Origin: an uncultured Selenomonadaceae bacterium
GTDB lineage: Bacteria > Bacillota > Negativicutes > Selenomonadales > Selenomonadaceae
NCBI GenBank assembly: GCA_905236325.1
Contig: CAJOPJ010000230.1
Span: 1-36,448, forward strand
Length of the DNA: 36,448 nucleotides
Direction: 5' to 3'
Shown here: positions 17,515 through 25,687 of the stretch, piece by piece
How positions within the stretch are numbered: position 1 is the first letter of the stretch
Layout: the number at the start of each line of letters is the position of its first letter
Program-made: the position numbers and the translations under genes
The notes under the pieces: model-generated
The model's input: the letters and a program-made list of their open reading frames with translations, nothing else
Told to the model about the DNA's origin: nothing
The model's database searches: none

Positions 17515-17543
17515 TTGAAACTTTCAAGGGCTTATGCTAAACT
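17515..17543 (+). promoter_or_regulatory. Putative promoter of the amidase gene
   Basis: It reads TTGAAA, a 17-nt spacer, then TAAACT, and is divergent from the fhaA-like promoter. Confidence 0.45.
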
Positions 17544-17563
17544 CACGCTTTGAGGTGATTATT

Positions 17564-18217
17564 TTGCTAAAAAAATTTTTATTGACGCTCGGAATATTTT
17601 TTCTGCTGACGGAATTAAATTTAGCACAAGCAGAAATTCAACCGCCGCCAATGGTTCAAAAACCAATTCCACAAACTGAAACGCGTCAAAGACTTACGCG
17701 TGAATATGCCGAACGGCACTATGGACTTTCAACAACAACAATAACGCCGCAAGCTGTTGTAGTTCATTGGACTGCCGGAGCAACTTGGGAATCGGCTTAC
17801 TATACTTTTTTGCCGGAAACTCGCGGAGACGGCACTGTTAATGTTTGTTCGCACTATATCGTTGCAAAGGACGGCACAATTTTTTGTTTGACTGAGGAAA
17901 CTGCTTTAAATCGCCACGCAATCGGCTACAACTGGTGCGCAATTGGAATTGAAAATGTTGGCGGCGTTGGTGGGCGTGAAGATTTAACTCAAGCACAACT
18001 TCAAGCAAATATTGCGCTTATAAAATATCTGCATGACAAATATCCGACAATAAAATATGTCTTTGGGCATTATCAGCAAGTTACAGCACGCGCAAGTGGT
18101 CTTTATATTGAAAATGTCGCCGGCTACAGTTCACAAAAACCCGATCCAGGTAAAAATTTTATGCGCGGACTTCGTGATTCACTTCAAGGCGACGGCTTAA
18201 TTTTCTTTCCGCTGTAA
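17564..18217 (+). CDS. Secreted N-acetylmuramoyl-L-alanine amidase (Amidase_2/PGRP fold)
   Basis: The signal peptide is LKKFLLTLGIFFLLTELNLAQA. The motifs AVVVHWTAG, CSHYIV, HAIGYNWCAIGIE and DPG are typical of the AmpD/AmiD-like fold. TTG 17564 lies 6 nt after GAGGTGA. Confidence 0.7.
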   Translation: MLKKFLLTLGIFFLLTELNLAQAEIQPPPMVQKPIPQTETRQRLTREYAERHYGLSTTTITPQAVVVHWTAGATWESAYYTFLPETRGDGTVNVCSHYIVAKDGTIFCLTEETALNRHAIGYNWCAIGIENVGGVGGREDLTQAQLQANIALIKYLHDKYPTIKYVFGHYQQVTARASGLYIENVAGYSSQKPDPGKNFMRGLRDSLQGDGLIFFPL

Positions 18218-18225
18218 AATTAAAT

Positions 18226-18263
18226 AAAAAAACTTACCAATGAAAAGTTGGTAAGTTTTTTTT
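18226..18263. terminator. Bidirectional intrinsic terminator (amidase / rsmE)
   Basis: The layout is A7-AACTTACCAA-tgaaaag-TTGGTAAGTT-T8. The 10-bp stem is perfect and is flanked by A and T runs. Confidence 0.85.
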
Positions 18264-18273
18264 GATTAAAAAT

Positions 18274-19062
18274 TTAATTAAGCTCATACTGAATATTTGC
18301 AAGTGTGGAAATTGCGGCGGTATCAGTTTTTAAAATTCTTTCGCCCAGAGTAACACTAACGCCGCCGATAAATTTAATTTCTTTTGCCTCGCGTTCAGAA
18401 AAACCGCCTTCAGGACCAATCAAAATAATGATGTCTTTGTCGCAGTCGCAAGATTTATAATCGCGCAAAATATCTTGAATTTTTTGTTCATGTTCAACTT
18501 CATTGCAAAAAAGCAACAGTGCGCCTTTGCAGTTAAATTTTTTTACGCCGTCTTTCTGAACATATCTGCCAAGAGTCGGCGCAATTTTTTTCAGCCAATC
18601 TTCAAGCTCAGTAATTTTTTCAAAATCAGGCAATGTATCGCGTGCAGATTGTTCAGCTGCTTCTTTGGCAATGCGCTGCCAGCGATCAAGTTTTGCTTTT
18701 GCACGGAGATTTTCAGGACGCGCAATAGTTCTGTCTGAAATTAGCGGCACAATTTTATCAATATCAAGTTCAGTAACTTTTTCAACAATATAATCAAATT
18801 TATTTTGTTTAGGCAAACATTCAGCCAGTGTCAAATGCTTAACAAAAATATTTTCAACTTTGGTAATTTCACTGACGCGTTTTGCTTGAATTGAATCCCT
18901 GCCGAAGTCTATCAATTCAAGCGTTGCTTTATTGCCGCGTCTGTCAACAGCAACAATTTGATCGCCTTTTTTTGCACGCAAAGCATGCGCCAAGTGATTT
19001 GCGTCGTTGCCGGTGATTGTGACATTGTCCGACAAATCATCTTCCAAAAAAATTCTCTTCAT
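18274..19062 (-). CDS. rsmE: 16S rRNA (uracil1498-N3)-methyltransferase RsmE
   Basis: It starts MKRIFLEDD...NHLAHALRAKKGDQI (PUA-like N-terminus) and has the SPOUT C-terminus IGPEGGFSEREA. ATG 19062 follows AGGAAAGGGGAA. Confidence 0.88.
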   Translation of the reverse strand: MKRIFLEDDLSDNVTITGNDANHLAHALRAKKGDQIVAVDRRGNKATLELIDFGRDSIQAKRVSEITKVENIFVKHLTLAECLPKQNKFDYIVEKVTELDIDKIVPLISDRTIARPENLRAKAKLDRWQRIAKEAAEQSARDTLPDFEKITELEDWLKKIAPTLGRYVQKDGVKKFNCKGALLLFCNEVEHEQKIQDILRDYKSCDCDKDIIILIGPEGGFSEREAKEIKFIGGVSVTLGERILKTDTAAISTLANIQYELN

Positions 19063-19082
19063 TGCCAATTCCCCTTTCCTAA

Positions 19083-20300
19083 TCATTCATATCTTAAAGC
19101 GTCGATTGGATCTAATCTTGCAGCTTTTCTTGCCGGCAGCATACCAAAAAATATTCCGACAAACAGTGAAAAACCGAAACTCACAATTATGCTAAGACTG
19201 CTGACAACAGTTGTAAAATTGCCAAATTTTGAAATTGCCTGCGCTAAACCGATACCTAAAACTATTCCGATAATTCCGCCCAAAAGACTAATCAGCGTCG
19301 ATTCAATTAAAAATTGCAACATAATTGAATTATAAGTCGCGCCGATTGCTTTTCTGATACCAATTTCGCGCGTGCGTTCAGTTACGCTGACCATCATAAT
19401 GTTCATAATTCCAATTCCGCCGACAAGCAATGATATTCCGGCGATTGAACCTAAAAGCAAAGTTATCATTGTTGTAGTTTCGCTCATTGTTTCCATTAAG
19501 CTGGTTAAATTTCTGACATTAAAATCATCGTCGGAGCCTTGTCTGATTCTGTGTCGTTGGCGCAGGAGCGTTTCAATATTTGCTTGAACTTCGTCCATTT
19601 TTTCTGAACTTGAAACTTGAACATTGACAGAGCGAACATAAGTAATGCCCATCAATCTTTCTTGCGCAGTTGTAAGCGGAATTAAAACTGTATCATCTTG
19701 ATCTTGTCCGCCGCTTGAAGAACCTTTACTTGCAATCAAACCAATAATTGTGTAAGGATTTGTTCCAATGCGAATTTTTTTGCCAACAGGATTAACTGTG
19801 CCAAACAAATTTGTTGCAACTGTTGTGCCGATAACTGCAACTCTGTTGCGAACATCAACATCATGTTCAGTAAAAAAAATTCCGCTTTGCATTGTCAGCG
19901 ACTGAATTTGCGCATATTCCGGAATAACGCCGCTAACCGTAGTACTCCAGTTTTCGTGACCATAAACAATTTGATAAGTTCCCTGCACGACAGGCGAAAC
20001 ATAATCAATATTTTTGATTCGGCTTTTAATTGCTTGAGCGTCGTCATAAGTCAAAGTTTGGACACTGCCGGCTCCGCCACGTACTCCTGTTCTGTTTGAA
20101 CTGCCGCTCATAACAACCAGCATATTTGAACCAAGACGCGAAATTGAATCGACAACATTTTTTCTAACGCCCATACCAACCGAAACCATTGCAATAACTG
20201 CGCAAACGCCAATTATTATTCCCAACATTGTTAAGGCAGTGCGCAATTTGTTTGAAACTAAACTTAAGCCTGCCATTTTTAGCAATTCTGTGAATAGCAA
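19083..20300 (-). CDS. MacB/FtsX-family ABC transporter permease (no adjacent ATPase or adaptor)
   Basis: It has NKLRTALTMLGIIIGV, a large periplasmic MacB_PCD-like domain and a C-terminal FtsX 3-TM bundle with TREIGIRKAIGA and PARKAARLDPIDALRYE. The start is TTG, after GGAGTG. Confidence 0.88.
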   Translation of the reverse strand: MLFTELLKMAGLSLVSNKLRTALTMLGIIIGVCAVIAMVSVGMGVRKNVVDSISRLGSNMLVVMSGSSNRTGVRGGAGSVQTLTYDDAQAIKSRIKNIDYVSPVVQGTYQIVYGHENWSTTVSGVIPEYAQIQSLTMQSGIFFTEHDVDVRNRVAVIGTTVATNLFGTVNPVGKKIRIGTNPYTIIGLIASKGSSSGGQDQDDTVLIPLTTAQERLMGITYVRSVNVQVSSSEKMDEVQANIETLLRQRHRIRQGSDDDFNVRNLTSLMETMSETTTMITLLLGSIAGISLLVGGIGIMNIMMVSVTERTREIGIRKAIGATYNSIMLQFLIESTLISLLGGIIGIVLGIGLAQAISKFGNFTTVVSSLSIIVSFGFSLFVGIFFGMLPARKAARLDPIDALRYE

Positions 20301-20331
20301 ATTTTTTCACACTCCGAAAAAAATTTTTTCA

Positions 20332-20340
20332 ATTATAGCA
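20332..20340 (-). promoter_or_regulatory. Extended -10 element (TGCTATAAT) upstream of the MacB-type permease
   Basis: The minus strand reads TGC-TATAAT about 25 nt upstream of the TTG start and just downstream of the ybaB terminator. There is no good -35 element. Confidence 0.4.
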
Positions 20341-20351
20341 CAAATTTTGCA

Positions 20352-20396
20352 TAAAAAAAATAGGCTGCAGGAAAACTAAAATAATTTCCTACAGCC
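20352..20396 (-). terminator. Intrinsic terminator after ybaB
   Basis: On the minus strand the stem is GGCTGTAGGAAA / TTTCCTGCAGCC (12-bp arms, one mismatch), followed by TATTTTTTTT. Confidence 0.6.
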
Positions 20397-20407
20397 GCTA
20401 AAAAAAA

Positions 20408-20791
20408 TTATTTTTTTCCGCCGAGCAAGCCGCCAAGCATATTAGCCATATCGCCAAGATTAGCTCCGCCAAGTGCATTGCCGATAAAAGCTTTTGAATT
20501 TGATTCAATTTTTTTGTCCATTTCGGCGTTGGCAGAATTGACTGCACTTACAACCAAATCTTCAATCGCGCTGACATCGCCGTCTTCCAAAAGTTCCGGC
20601 GCAATTTTAATTTCCTTGAGATTTTTTTCGCCGTCAACTGTGGCAGTAACCATATTTCCGCCGACAGAAGCAGTTGCAGTTTCTTGCTTGAGTTTGGCTT
20701 TATTATTCTCAAAACTTTGCTGAATTGCCTGCGCTTGTTTCATAATTGCCTCAAGATTGAGTCCGCCAAGACCTGCGCCACCCTGTGCCAT
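20408..20791 (-). CDS. ybaB: YbaB/EbfC nucleoid-associated protein
   Basis: It reads GGLNLEAIMKQAQAIQ...VGGNMVTATVDGEKNLKEIKI..ELLEDGDVSAIEDLVVSAVN and sits in the canonical position after dnaX. Confidence 0.9.
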   Translation of the reverse strand: MAQGGAGLGGLNLEAIMKQAQAIQQSFENNKAKLKQETATASVGGNMVTATVDGEKNLKEIKIAPELLEDGDVSAIEDLVVSAVNSANAEMDKKIESNSKAFIGNALGGANLGDMANMLGGLLGGKK

Positions 20792-20797
20792 AAATAA

Positions 20798-22204
20798 TCA
20801 TTCCTCACTTTCAATTTTTGTAAAACCTTGCGCTTGAAAAATTTTTTGCGCATTTTCAACAAAAAATTTTTCCTTGTCGAGTTCCGAAGTGTCAGCAGAA
20901 ATAATTATCTGTCGATTGGCAAATTTTGTTGCAACTTCTTCAAGCGCGTTTTTGTGACTTAAAAAAATTCTTGAAACTGTATCAGATTTAAATTTTAAGA
21001 CTAAATTTTTGCCGTCGAAAGAAACAAATTCAGCTTGTCTTAAACTAATTTCTGACTGCTGGATATGATAAAGAATTTTTTTGCCATCGTCAAGCGTATT
21101 TCCAATTTCAGATTGAACAGTTTGAACGCTTTCAACTTTCGGCTGAGAATTTTCGCCGGTAAAATTCATCAACGCCATTTCCAAAATTATATCAGGAATA
21201 CCGCTGCCTTGCATTTCTAAGACTGCTTTGCGCACTGCCGAAATAAAATTATCAATTTCGCGCAATTTTTGTGGACTGCTTGAATTTAGATTTTCAATTT
21301 CAAAATCGCGCAATCTGGTAATTAAAGCTTCGGCGATAGAGATTGAACTTAAGCCGGAGCGATAAGCCTTTGTAACTGCATTTGCTAAATCAAGGCGATT
21401 TTTATTTTGAACTGCGCTGATAATTTCATCAAGGTCGGAATCAGAAATTAAGCCCAGCGTTTTATTAACATCGTCCAAAGTTATTGTGCCGTTTGACATT
21501 GCGTAGCATTGGTCAAGATAAGTCAGTGCATCGCGCATTGAACCTTCAGCCAGTCGTGCAATTTTTTTTGCCGCTTCTTCCGGCAGTTCAACTTTTAATC
21601 TGCCGGCAAGTTTCATCAAATAGGGCGTGATTGTTTCAACAGGAATCAATCTGAAATTCAAAACTTGACAGCGTGAGCGAATTGTCATTGGAACTTTTTG
21701 CAGTTCAGTTGTTGCCAAAAAAAATGCAACATTCGGCGGCGGTTCTTCAATCAACTTCAATATTGAATTGACAGCCTCAAAACTTAGCATATGAACTTCG
21801 TCGATTATGAAAGTTTTTACGCGCGATTGTAAAGGAGCAAGATAAGCTGTTGATAATAATCTTGTGACATCTTCAACGCTACGATTTGAGGCTGCGTCAA
21901 ATTCAACATTGTCCGGCGAACTTTCGATAGACAGGCAACTTGCGCATTTGTTGCAGGGAATTTCACGCGGCAATAAAGTTTTGCCCTCCTGCAATGCTTT
22001 TTGAACTGTTTCGCAGTTCATTGCCTTTGCCAAAAGTCTGGCAGTTGAAGTTTTACCTGTACCGCGCGTGCCGACCAATAAGTATGCGTGCGAAAGTCTT
22101 TTATTCAAAACTGCGCGTGTCATTGCTGTTGAAATATGTTCTTGCCCAACAAGTTGTCCGAAAGTTTTTGGTCTGCCGCGCGTATAAAGTGCCTCATAAG
22201 CCAT
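20798..22204 (-). CDS. dnaX: DNA polymerase III subunit gamma/tau
   Basis: It carries the motifs GQEHISTAM, SHAYLLVGTRGTGKTSTARLLAKAMNC, the Zn module CNKCASC, IIDEVHMLS and SRCQ. Confidence 0.95.
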   Translation of the reverse strand: MAYEALYTRGRPKTFGQLVGQEHISTAMTRAVLNKRLSHAYLLVGTRGTGKTSTARLLAKAMNCETVQKALQEGKTLLPREIPCNKCASCLSIESSPDNVEFDAASNRSVEDVTRLLSTAYLAPLQSRVKTFIIDEVHMLSFEAVNSILKLIEEPPPNVAFFLATTELQKVPMTIRSRCQVLNFRLIPVETITPYLMKLAGRLKVELPEEAAKKIARLAEGSMRDALTYLDQCYAMSNGTITLDDVNKTLGLISDSDLDEIISAVQNKNRLDLANAVTKAYRSGLSSISIAEALITRLRDFEIENLNSSSPQKLREIDNFISAVRKAVLEMQGSGIPDIILEMALMNFTGENSQPKVESVQTVQSEIGNTLDDGKKILYHIQQSEISLRQAEFVSFDGKNLVLKFKSDTVSRIFLSHKNALEEVATKFANRQIIISADTSELDKEKFFVENAQKIFQAQGFTKIESEE

Positions 22205-22238
22205 TTTTTTAATTCCTCATTCCTGTACTAATTCCGCA

Positions 22239-22267
22239 TTGAATTATACACCTTTGTTTGATAAAAT
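22239..22267 (+). promoter_or_regulatory. Putative promoter of the ZnuA-like gene
   Basis: It reads TTGAAT, a 17-nt spacer, then TAAAAT. An imperfect palindrome, TGTACTAATTC-6 nt-GAATTATACA (22224-22250), overlaps the -35 element. Confidence 0.4.
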
Positions 22268-22297
22268 TAAAAATATTTTTCTTGGAGGCGATTTTTT

Positions 22298-23179
22298 TTG
22301 AAAAAAATATTTTTGTTAACAATTTTGATATTAAGTTTTGTAATTTCAGGTTGCGGAAATTCAGACGACGACAAATTGCATATTGTAACTTCATTTTATC
22401 CAATGTACATTGACGCAATAAATATTGTTGGCGAAGTTGAAGGCGTTGAAGTTACAAATTTAACGCCGCCGCAAACAGGTTGTCTACACGACTATCAACT
22501 TACAACTGACGATATGAAAAAACTTGAACGCGCAGATATTTTTATTGTCAACGGCTTGGGCATGGAAAGTTTTTTGGACAAAGTTGTTGAAGAACACAGC
22601 GATTTAAAATTTATTGACGCGTCGCAATCTGAAGATATTTTTGTTTTGAAGGACGGCGAAGAAATAAATCCGCACATTTGGATGAGCGTTACTTATGCAA
22701 TGCAACAGGTGCGTGTCATTTCAAGTCAGCTTTGTGAATTGGACCCTGAACATGCTGAAATTTATAAACAAAATACGCTGGAATATTTAAATAAACTTTC
22801 TGTCCTGCGCGACGAAATGCATTTGGCTTTAGACAACCTGCCTAACAAAGACATTGTAACTTTCCATGAAGCATTTCCATACTTTGCGGCGCAATTTAAA
22901 TTAAATATTGCAGGCGTAATTGAACGCGAACCTGGAACTGAACCGACACCGCAAGAATTGGCTGAAACAATTCAGCTTGTAAATAATCTGCCGGTGAAAG
23001 TTTTGTTCACTGAACCGCAATATTCCCCAAAAGCAGCCGAAACTATTGCAAGAGAAACCGGCGCAAAAATTTTCACACTCGACCCTGTAACTACAGGCGA
23101 AGCTATTCCGGAAAACAAAAATGCCTATCTTGATGCCATGCGCAAAAATATGCAAACTCTGGTTGAGGCACTGCAATGA
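22298..23179 (+). CDS. Cluster A-I (ZnuA/TroA/AdcA-like) metal-binding lipoprotein
   Basis: The lipobox is LSFVISGCGN. The likely metal ligands are in GCLHDYQLT, NPHIWMS and FHEAFPYF, and the C-terminus has LFTEPQYS. The start is TTG, after GGAGG. Confidence 0.82.
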   Translation: MKKIFLLTILILSFVISGCGNSDDDKLHIVTSFYPMYIDAINIVGEVEGVEVTNLTPPQTGCLHDYQLTTDDMKKLERADIFIVNGLGMESFLDKVVEEHSDLKFIDASQSEDIFVLKDGEEINPHIWMSVTYAMQQVRVISSQLCELDPEHAEIYKQNTLEYLNKLSVLRDEMHLALDNLPNKDIVTFHEAFPYFAAQFKLNIAGVIEREPGTEPTPQELAETIQLVNNLPVKVLFTEPQYSPKAAETIARETGAKIFTLDPVTTGEAIPENKNAYLDAMRKNMQTLVEALQ

Positions 23180-24189
23180 AATATTTTATGCTGATTACAA
23201 TTCTGCTTGTACTTTTGATTGGCGTAGGAATTGGCGCGTATCGTTCACTGCAAGATTTGCAAAATTTGCCGATTAAATCAATGAAAAATATTCAAGACAC
23301 AATCGACCAACGCGACGCAGAAAATTTTTACAGACTTGTCGATATTGATAAAGTACTGGACGACGCGGCGAAAGAAATTTTATCTGCAAAAATAAATGCT
23401 GAATTTGGCGCAACTGCCTATTCAATGCAGGAATTGGCTAATATTTTTGAACAGCGCAAGCCGGAGTTTACTTCAATTACAAAAAAAGCTGTCGATGATT
23501 ATATTTCAACCGGCAAAGTAAATCTTTCAAATACTTCAAGCCCAACTTTGAAGTGGCTTAAAGATTCAGAAATAAATTCTTGCGTCATAAAACAAATTTC
23601 AAAACCTGTTATCAAAGAAAATTCAGCGACTTGCAAAATTGAATTTTACAATCAAAGTTTGCTGTTTAGTTTTGAACTTGAATTTGCGCTGGAAAAAATT
23701 GACAAAAATCAGTGGCGAATCATTGGAGCAACAGGTTTTGAAAATTATCTTGCAGGATTGAATCGTGCGCTGAAAAAAAAGTTGGAACGCCTTAACGCGC
23801 CTGTTCGCAATGAAATTAAAGATATTTTTATAATCAAAGGCTTTAGTGCAAAAGTTGTTGAAGGCGATGAATATGGCTTTTCAAAGACACTGAAAATTGA
23901 TTTAAAAGCTGATGTTAAACCTGAAAAGCCGTTGTCAAAAATTGTCGGAAGAATTATCATTGTAGGACGCAACGGCGACGAAGGTATCACGCCTTTTGAA
24001 ATTGATATGGCTTATAAGCCGACAGGACTGCAAACCTTCACAATCAACAAAACTTTAAATCCATTTGTGCAACAAGACGCTGACGCAATGAAGCATGGTT
24101 TGCGCAGGAACGACTTGCATATTGAAATAACAGAAATTATTTACATGGACGGCACAAATTTAAAGCAATTTGAAGAAATTCCTGAATGA
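23176..24189 (+). CDS. Hypothetical N-terminally membrane-anchored protein (337 aa)
   Basis: The ATG overlaps the ZnuA-like stop (ATGA). There is one TM helix (FMLITILLVLLIGVGIGAY). The first soluble half loosely recalls NTF2-like DUF2939/DUF4878 proteins (AENFYRLVDIDKVLDDAAKEIL). I do not recognise the second half. Confidence 0.6.
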   Translation: MKYFMLITILLVLLIGVGIGAYRSLQDLQNLPIKSMKNIQDTIDQRDAENFYRLVDIDKVLDDAAKEILSAKINAEFGATAYSMQELANIFEQRKPEFTSITKKAVDDYISTGKVNLSNTSSPTLKWLKDSEINSCVIKQISKPVIKENSATCKIEFYNQSLLFSFELEFALEKIDKNQWRIIGATGFENYLAGLNRALKKKLERLNAPVRNEIKDIFIIKGFSAKVVEGDEYGFSKTLKIDLKADVKPEKPLSKIVGRIIIVGRNGDEGITPFEIDMAYKPTGLQTFTINKTLNPFVQQDADAMKHGLRRNDLHIEITEIIYMDGTNLKQFEEIPE

Positions 24190-24266
24190 TATAAAAAAAT
24201 TTTGTAACAATGTAAAAATATATGTTAAAATACCACCGCAAATTTTTTTTAGGTGGGATTTTTTTT

Positions 24267-24788
24267 ATGAACAGTTTAACCGGACTAAACGCTTTGATTG
24301 TGAATAATATTTTTTACATAATAATTGGCGTTGGATTTATTTTGTTGGTGCTGTTTTTTTTGCTGATAACTGCAAAGATGGATATTTCTGACCTCCGGCA
24401 ACGTTACAAAAAAATGATGGGCGAATCGGACGGCTTGGAGCTTGAAAGAATGCTTAATGAACACGCCGACATAATGAAAAGAATTTCCGGCGATATGCGC
24501 AGAGTTGACGGCGAAATTTCAAATATCAACGCGCTTTTGGAAAAGGCAATTACGCGCGTTGCAATTATCAGATACAACGCCTTTGATGATACAAGTTCGG
24601 ATCTTAGTTTTTCACTTGCTCTGCTCGACGACAACAACACCGGCGTAATAATTTCTTCGCTGTATGGTCGTGATACTTCACAAACTTACGCAAAACCAAT
24701 AATCAATGGCAATTCGCCGCAATACAAATTGACTGATGAAGAAATTCAAGTCCTCAAGGAAGCGTCAATTTCACCTGTTAGGAAGTGA
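24267..24788 (+). CDS. DUF4446-like membrane / coiled-coil protein
   Basis: It has a TM helix (IFYIIIGVGFILLVLFFLLI), a coiled coil and a conserved C-terminus IIRYNAFDDTSSDLSFSLALLDDNNTGVIISSLYGRDTSQTYAKPI that fits my memory of DUF4446. ATG 24267 lies 9 nt after AGGTGGG. Confidence 0.7.
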   Translation: MNSLTGLNALIVNNIFYIIIGVGFILLVLFFLLITAKMDISDLRQRYKKMMGESDGLELERMLNEHADIMKRISGDMRRVDGEISNINALLEKAITRVAIIRYNAFDDTSSDLSFSLALLDDNNTGVIISSLYGRDTSQTYAKPIINGNSPQYKLTDEEIQVLKEASISPVRK

Positions 24789-24793
24789 TTTTT

Positions 24794-25675
24794 ATGCAAA
24801 AAAAAATTACATTGGCTGAAAATAATTTGCGCGTGAAGTTGGAGCGCAATTCAGAAATTGAAATTGACACAGCGGCTTTTTTGTCGGACGCTGAAGATAA
24901 AACTACCGAAGCTGATTTAGTTTTTTATGGCAATGAAAATCACAATTCCGGCGGCGTAATTCACAATGCTGATGACTCAATCTCAATCGACCTGTCAAAA
25001 ATTCCTGCGCAAATTGTTAAAATTACTTTCACTGCAACAATTTATGAACCGCAGGAAACTAAGCATAACTTCAGTCAAGTTGGCGCAATGAATTTAAAAA
25101 TTTACAACATTGCAGGTACAGAAATTTTTGCCTTTCCAATAAGCACAGAAAAAAATGTCACGACAATTATTTTAGGCGACTTTTGCCGGCAAAAAAATTG
25201 TTGGACTTTCGAGGCTAACGGTGCATTTTATCCTATAGAACTTAAAGACATTTGCAAAATTTTCGGCTTGAATGTTGAAGGCGAAGTTGAGGAAAATAAC
25301 ATAAAACCTGAGGAAGTTGAAAAATTCAGCAAAGATTATTCTGAAAAAAGTTTTTTTGATAAATCTGTCGGCGTTGTCAAAAAAGCAGGTCTGGAACTTA
25401 TTTATAAAGCTTTGCAACTTTACTATGTCACCCAAAAGCCAAATTGTCCAACGCGCGTTAAGGCTGCAATTTATGGTACGCTTGGAATGTTTATTGCGCC
25501 ACTGGATTTTATTCCTGACTTTATGCCGATTATGGGGTTCACTGACGACGCCGGCGCAATCGCAGTTGCTTTGACTATTGCGCATTTTTACATTGACGAC
25601 GAAGTTAAAAAAAATGCCAAAGACAGACTACAAAGTTTGTTCGGCAAAGAAATTTTGTCTGAATTGAAAGTTTAG
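24794..25675 (+). CDS. Degenerate TerD-like domain fused to a DUF1232 (YkvA-like) membrane domain
   Basis: Residues ~1-165 align by eye with the TerD at 26858 (DLVFYGN.NH.SGGV.H...ISIDLSKIP..I.KITFTATIY...NFSQV....LKIYN....W.F.A.G). The C-terminus AAIYGTLGMFIAPLDFIPDFMPIMGFTDDAGAIAVAL is the DUF1232 signature. Confidence 0.7.
   Translation: MQKKITLAENNLRVKLERNSEIEIDTAAFLSDAEDKTTEADLVFYGNENHNSGGVIHNADDSISIDLSKIPAQIVKITFTATIYEPQETKHNFSQVGAMNLKIYNIAGTEIFAFPISTEKNVTTIILGDFCRQKNCWTFEANGAFYPIELKDICKIFGLNVEGEVEENNIKPEEVEKFSKDYSEKSFFDKSVGVVKKAGLELIYKALQLYYVTQKPNCPTRVKAAIYGTLGMFIAPLDFIPDFMPIMGFTDDAGAIAVALTIAHFYIDDEVKKNAKDRLQSLFGKEILSELKV
24941..25006 (+). repeat. Copy 1 of a 66-nt near-identical block shared by the adjacent TerD paralogs
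   Basis: Positions 24941-25006 match 25850-25915 at 64 of 66 nt. Both mismatches (24961 and 24973) are synonymous third-position changes. The flanking coding sequence is much more diverged. Confidence 0.9.
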
Positions 25676-25687
25676 GTGGTGATTTTT

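Noticed and set aside
20798-22204. I considered a programmed frameshift site producing gamma from dnaX.
   Set aside because: The protein is already short (468 aa). I found no slippery heptamer with a downstream structure that I could defend by eye.
22224-22250. I considered calling the palindrome upstream of the ZnuA-like gene a Zur box.
   Set aside because: It does not resemble the Zur consensus I remember (TAAATCGTAATNATTACGATTTA-like). I kept it only as an unassigned candidate operator inside the ZnuA finding.
24235-24257. A possible anti-SD hairpin (CCACC...GGTGG) could sequester the DUF4446 ribosome-binding site.
   Set aside because: It has only 5 bp, with an A/T-rich loop and no extension, so it is not stable enough to argue for regulation.
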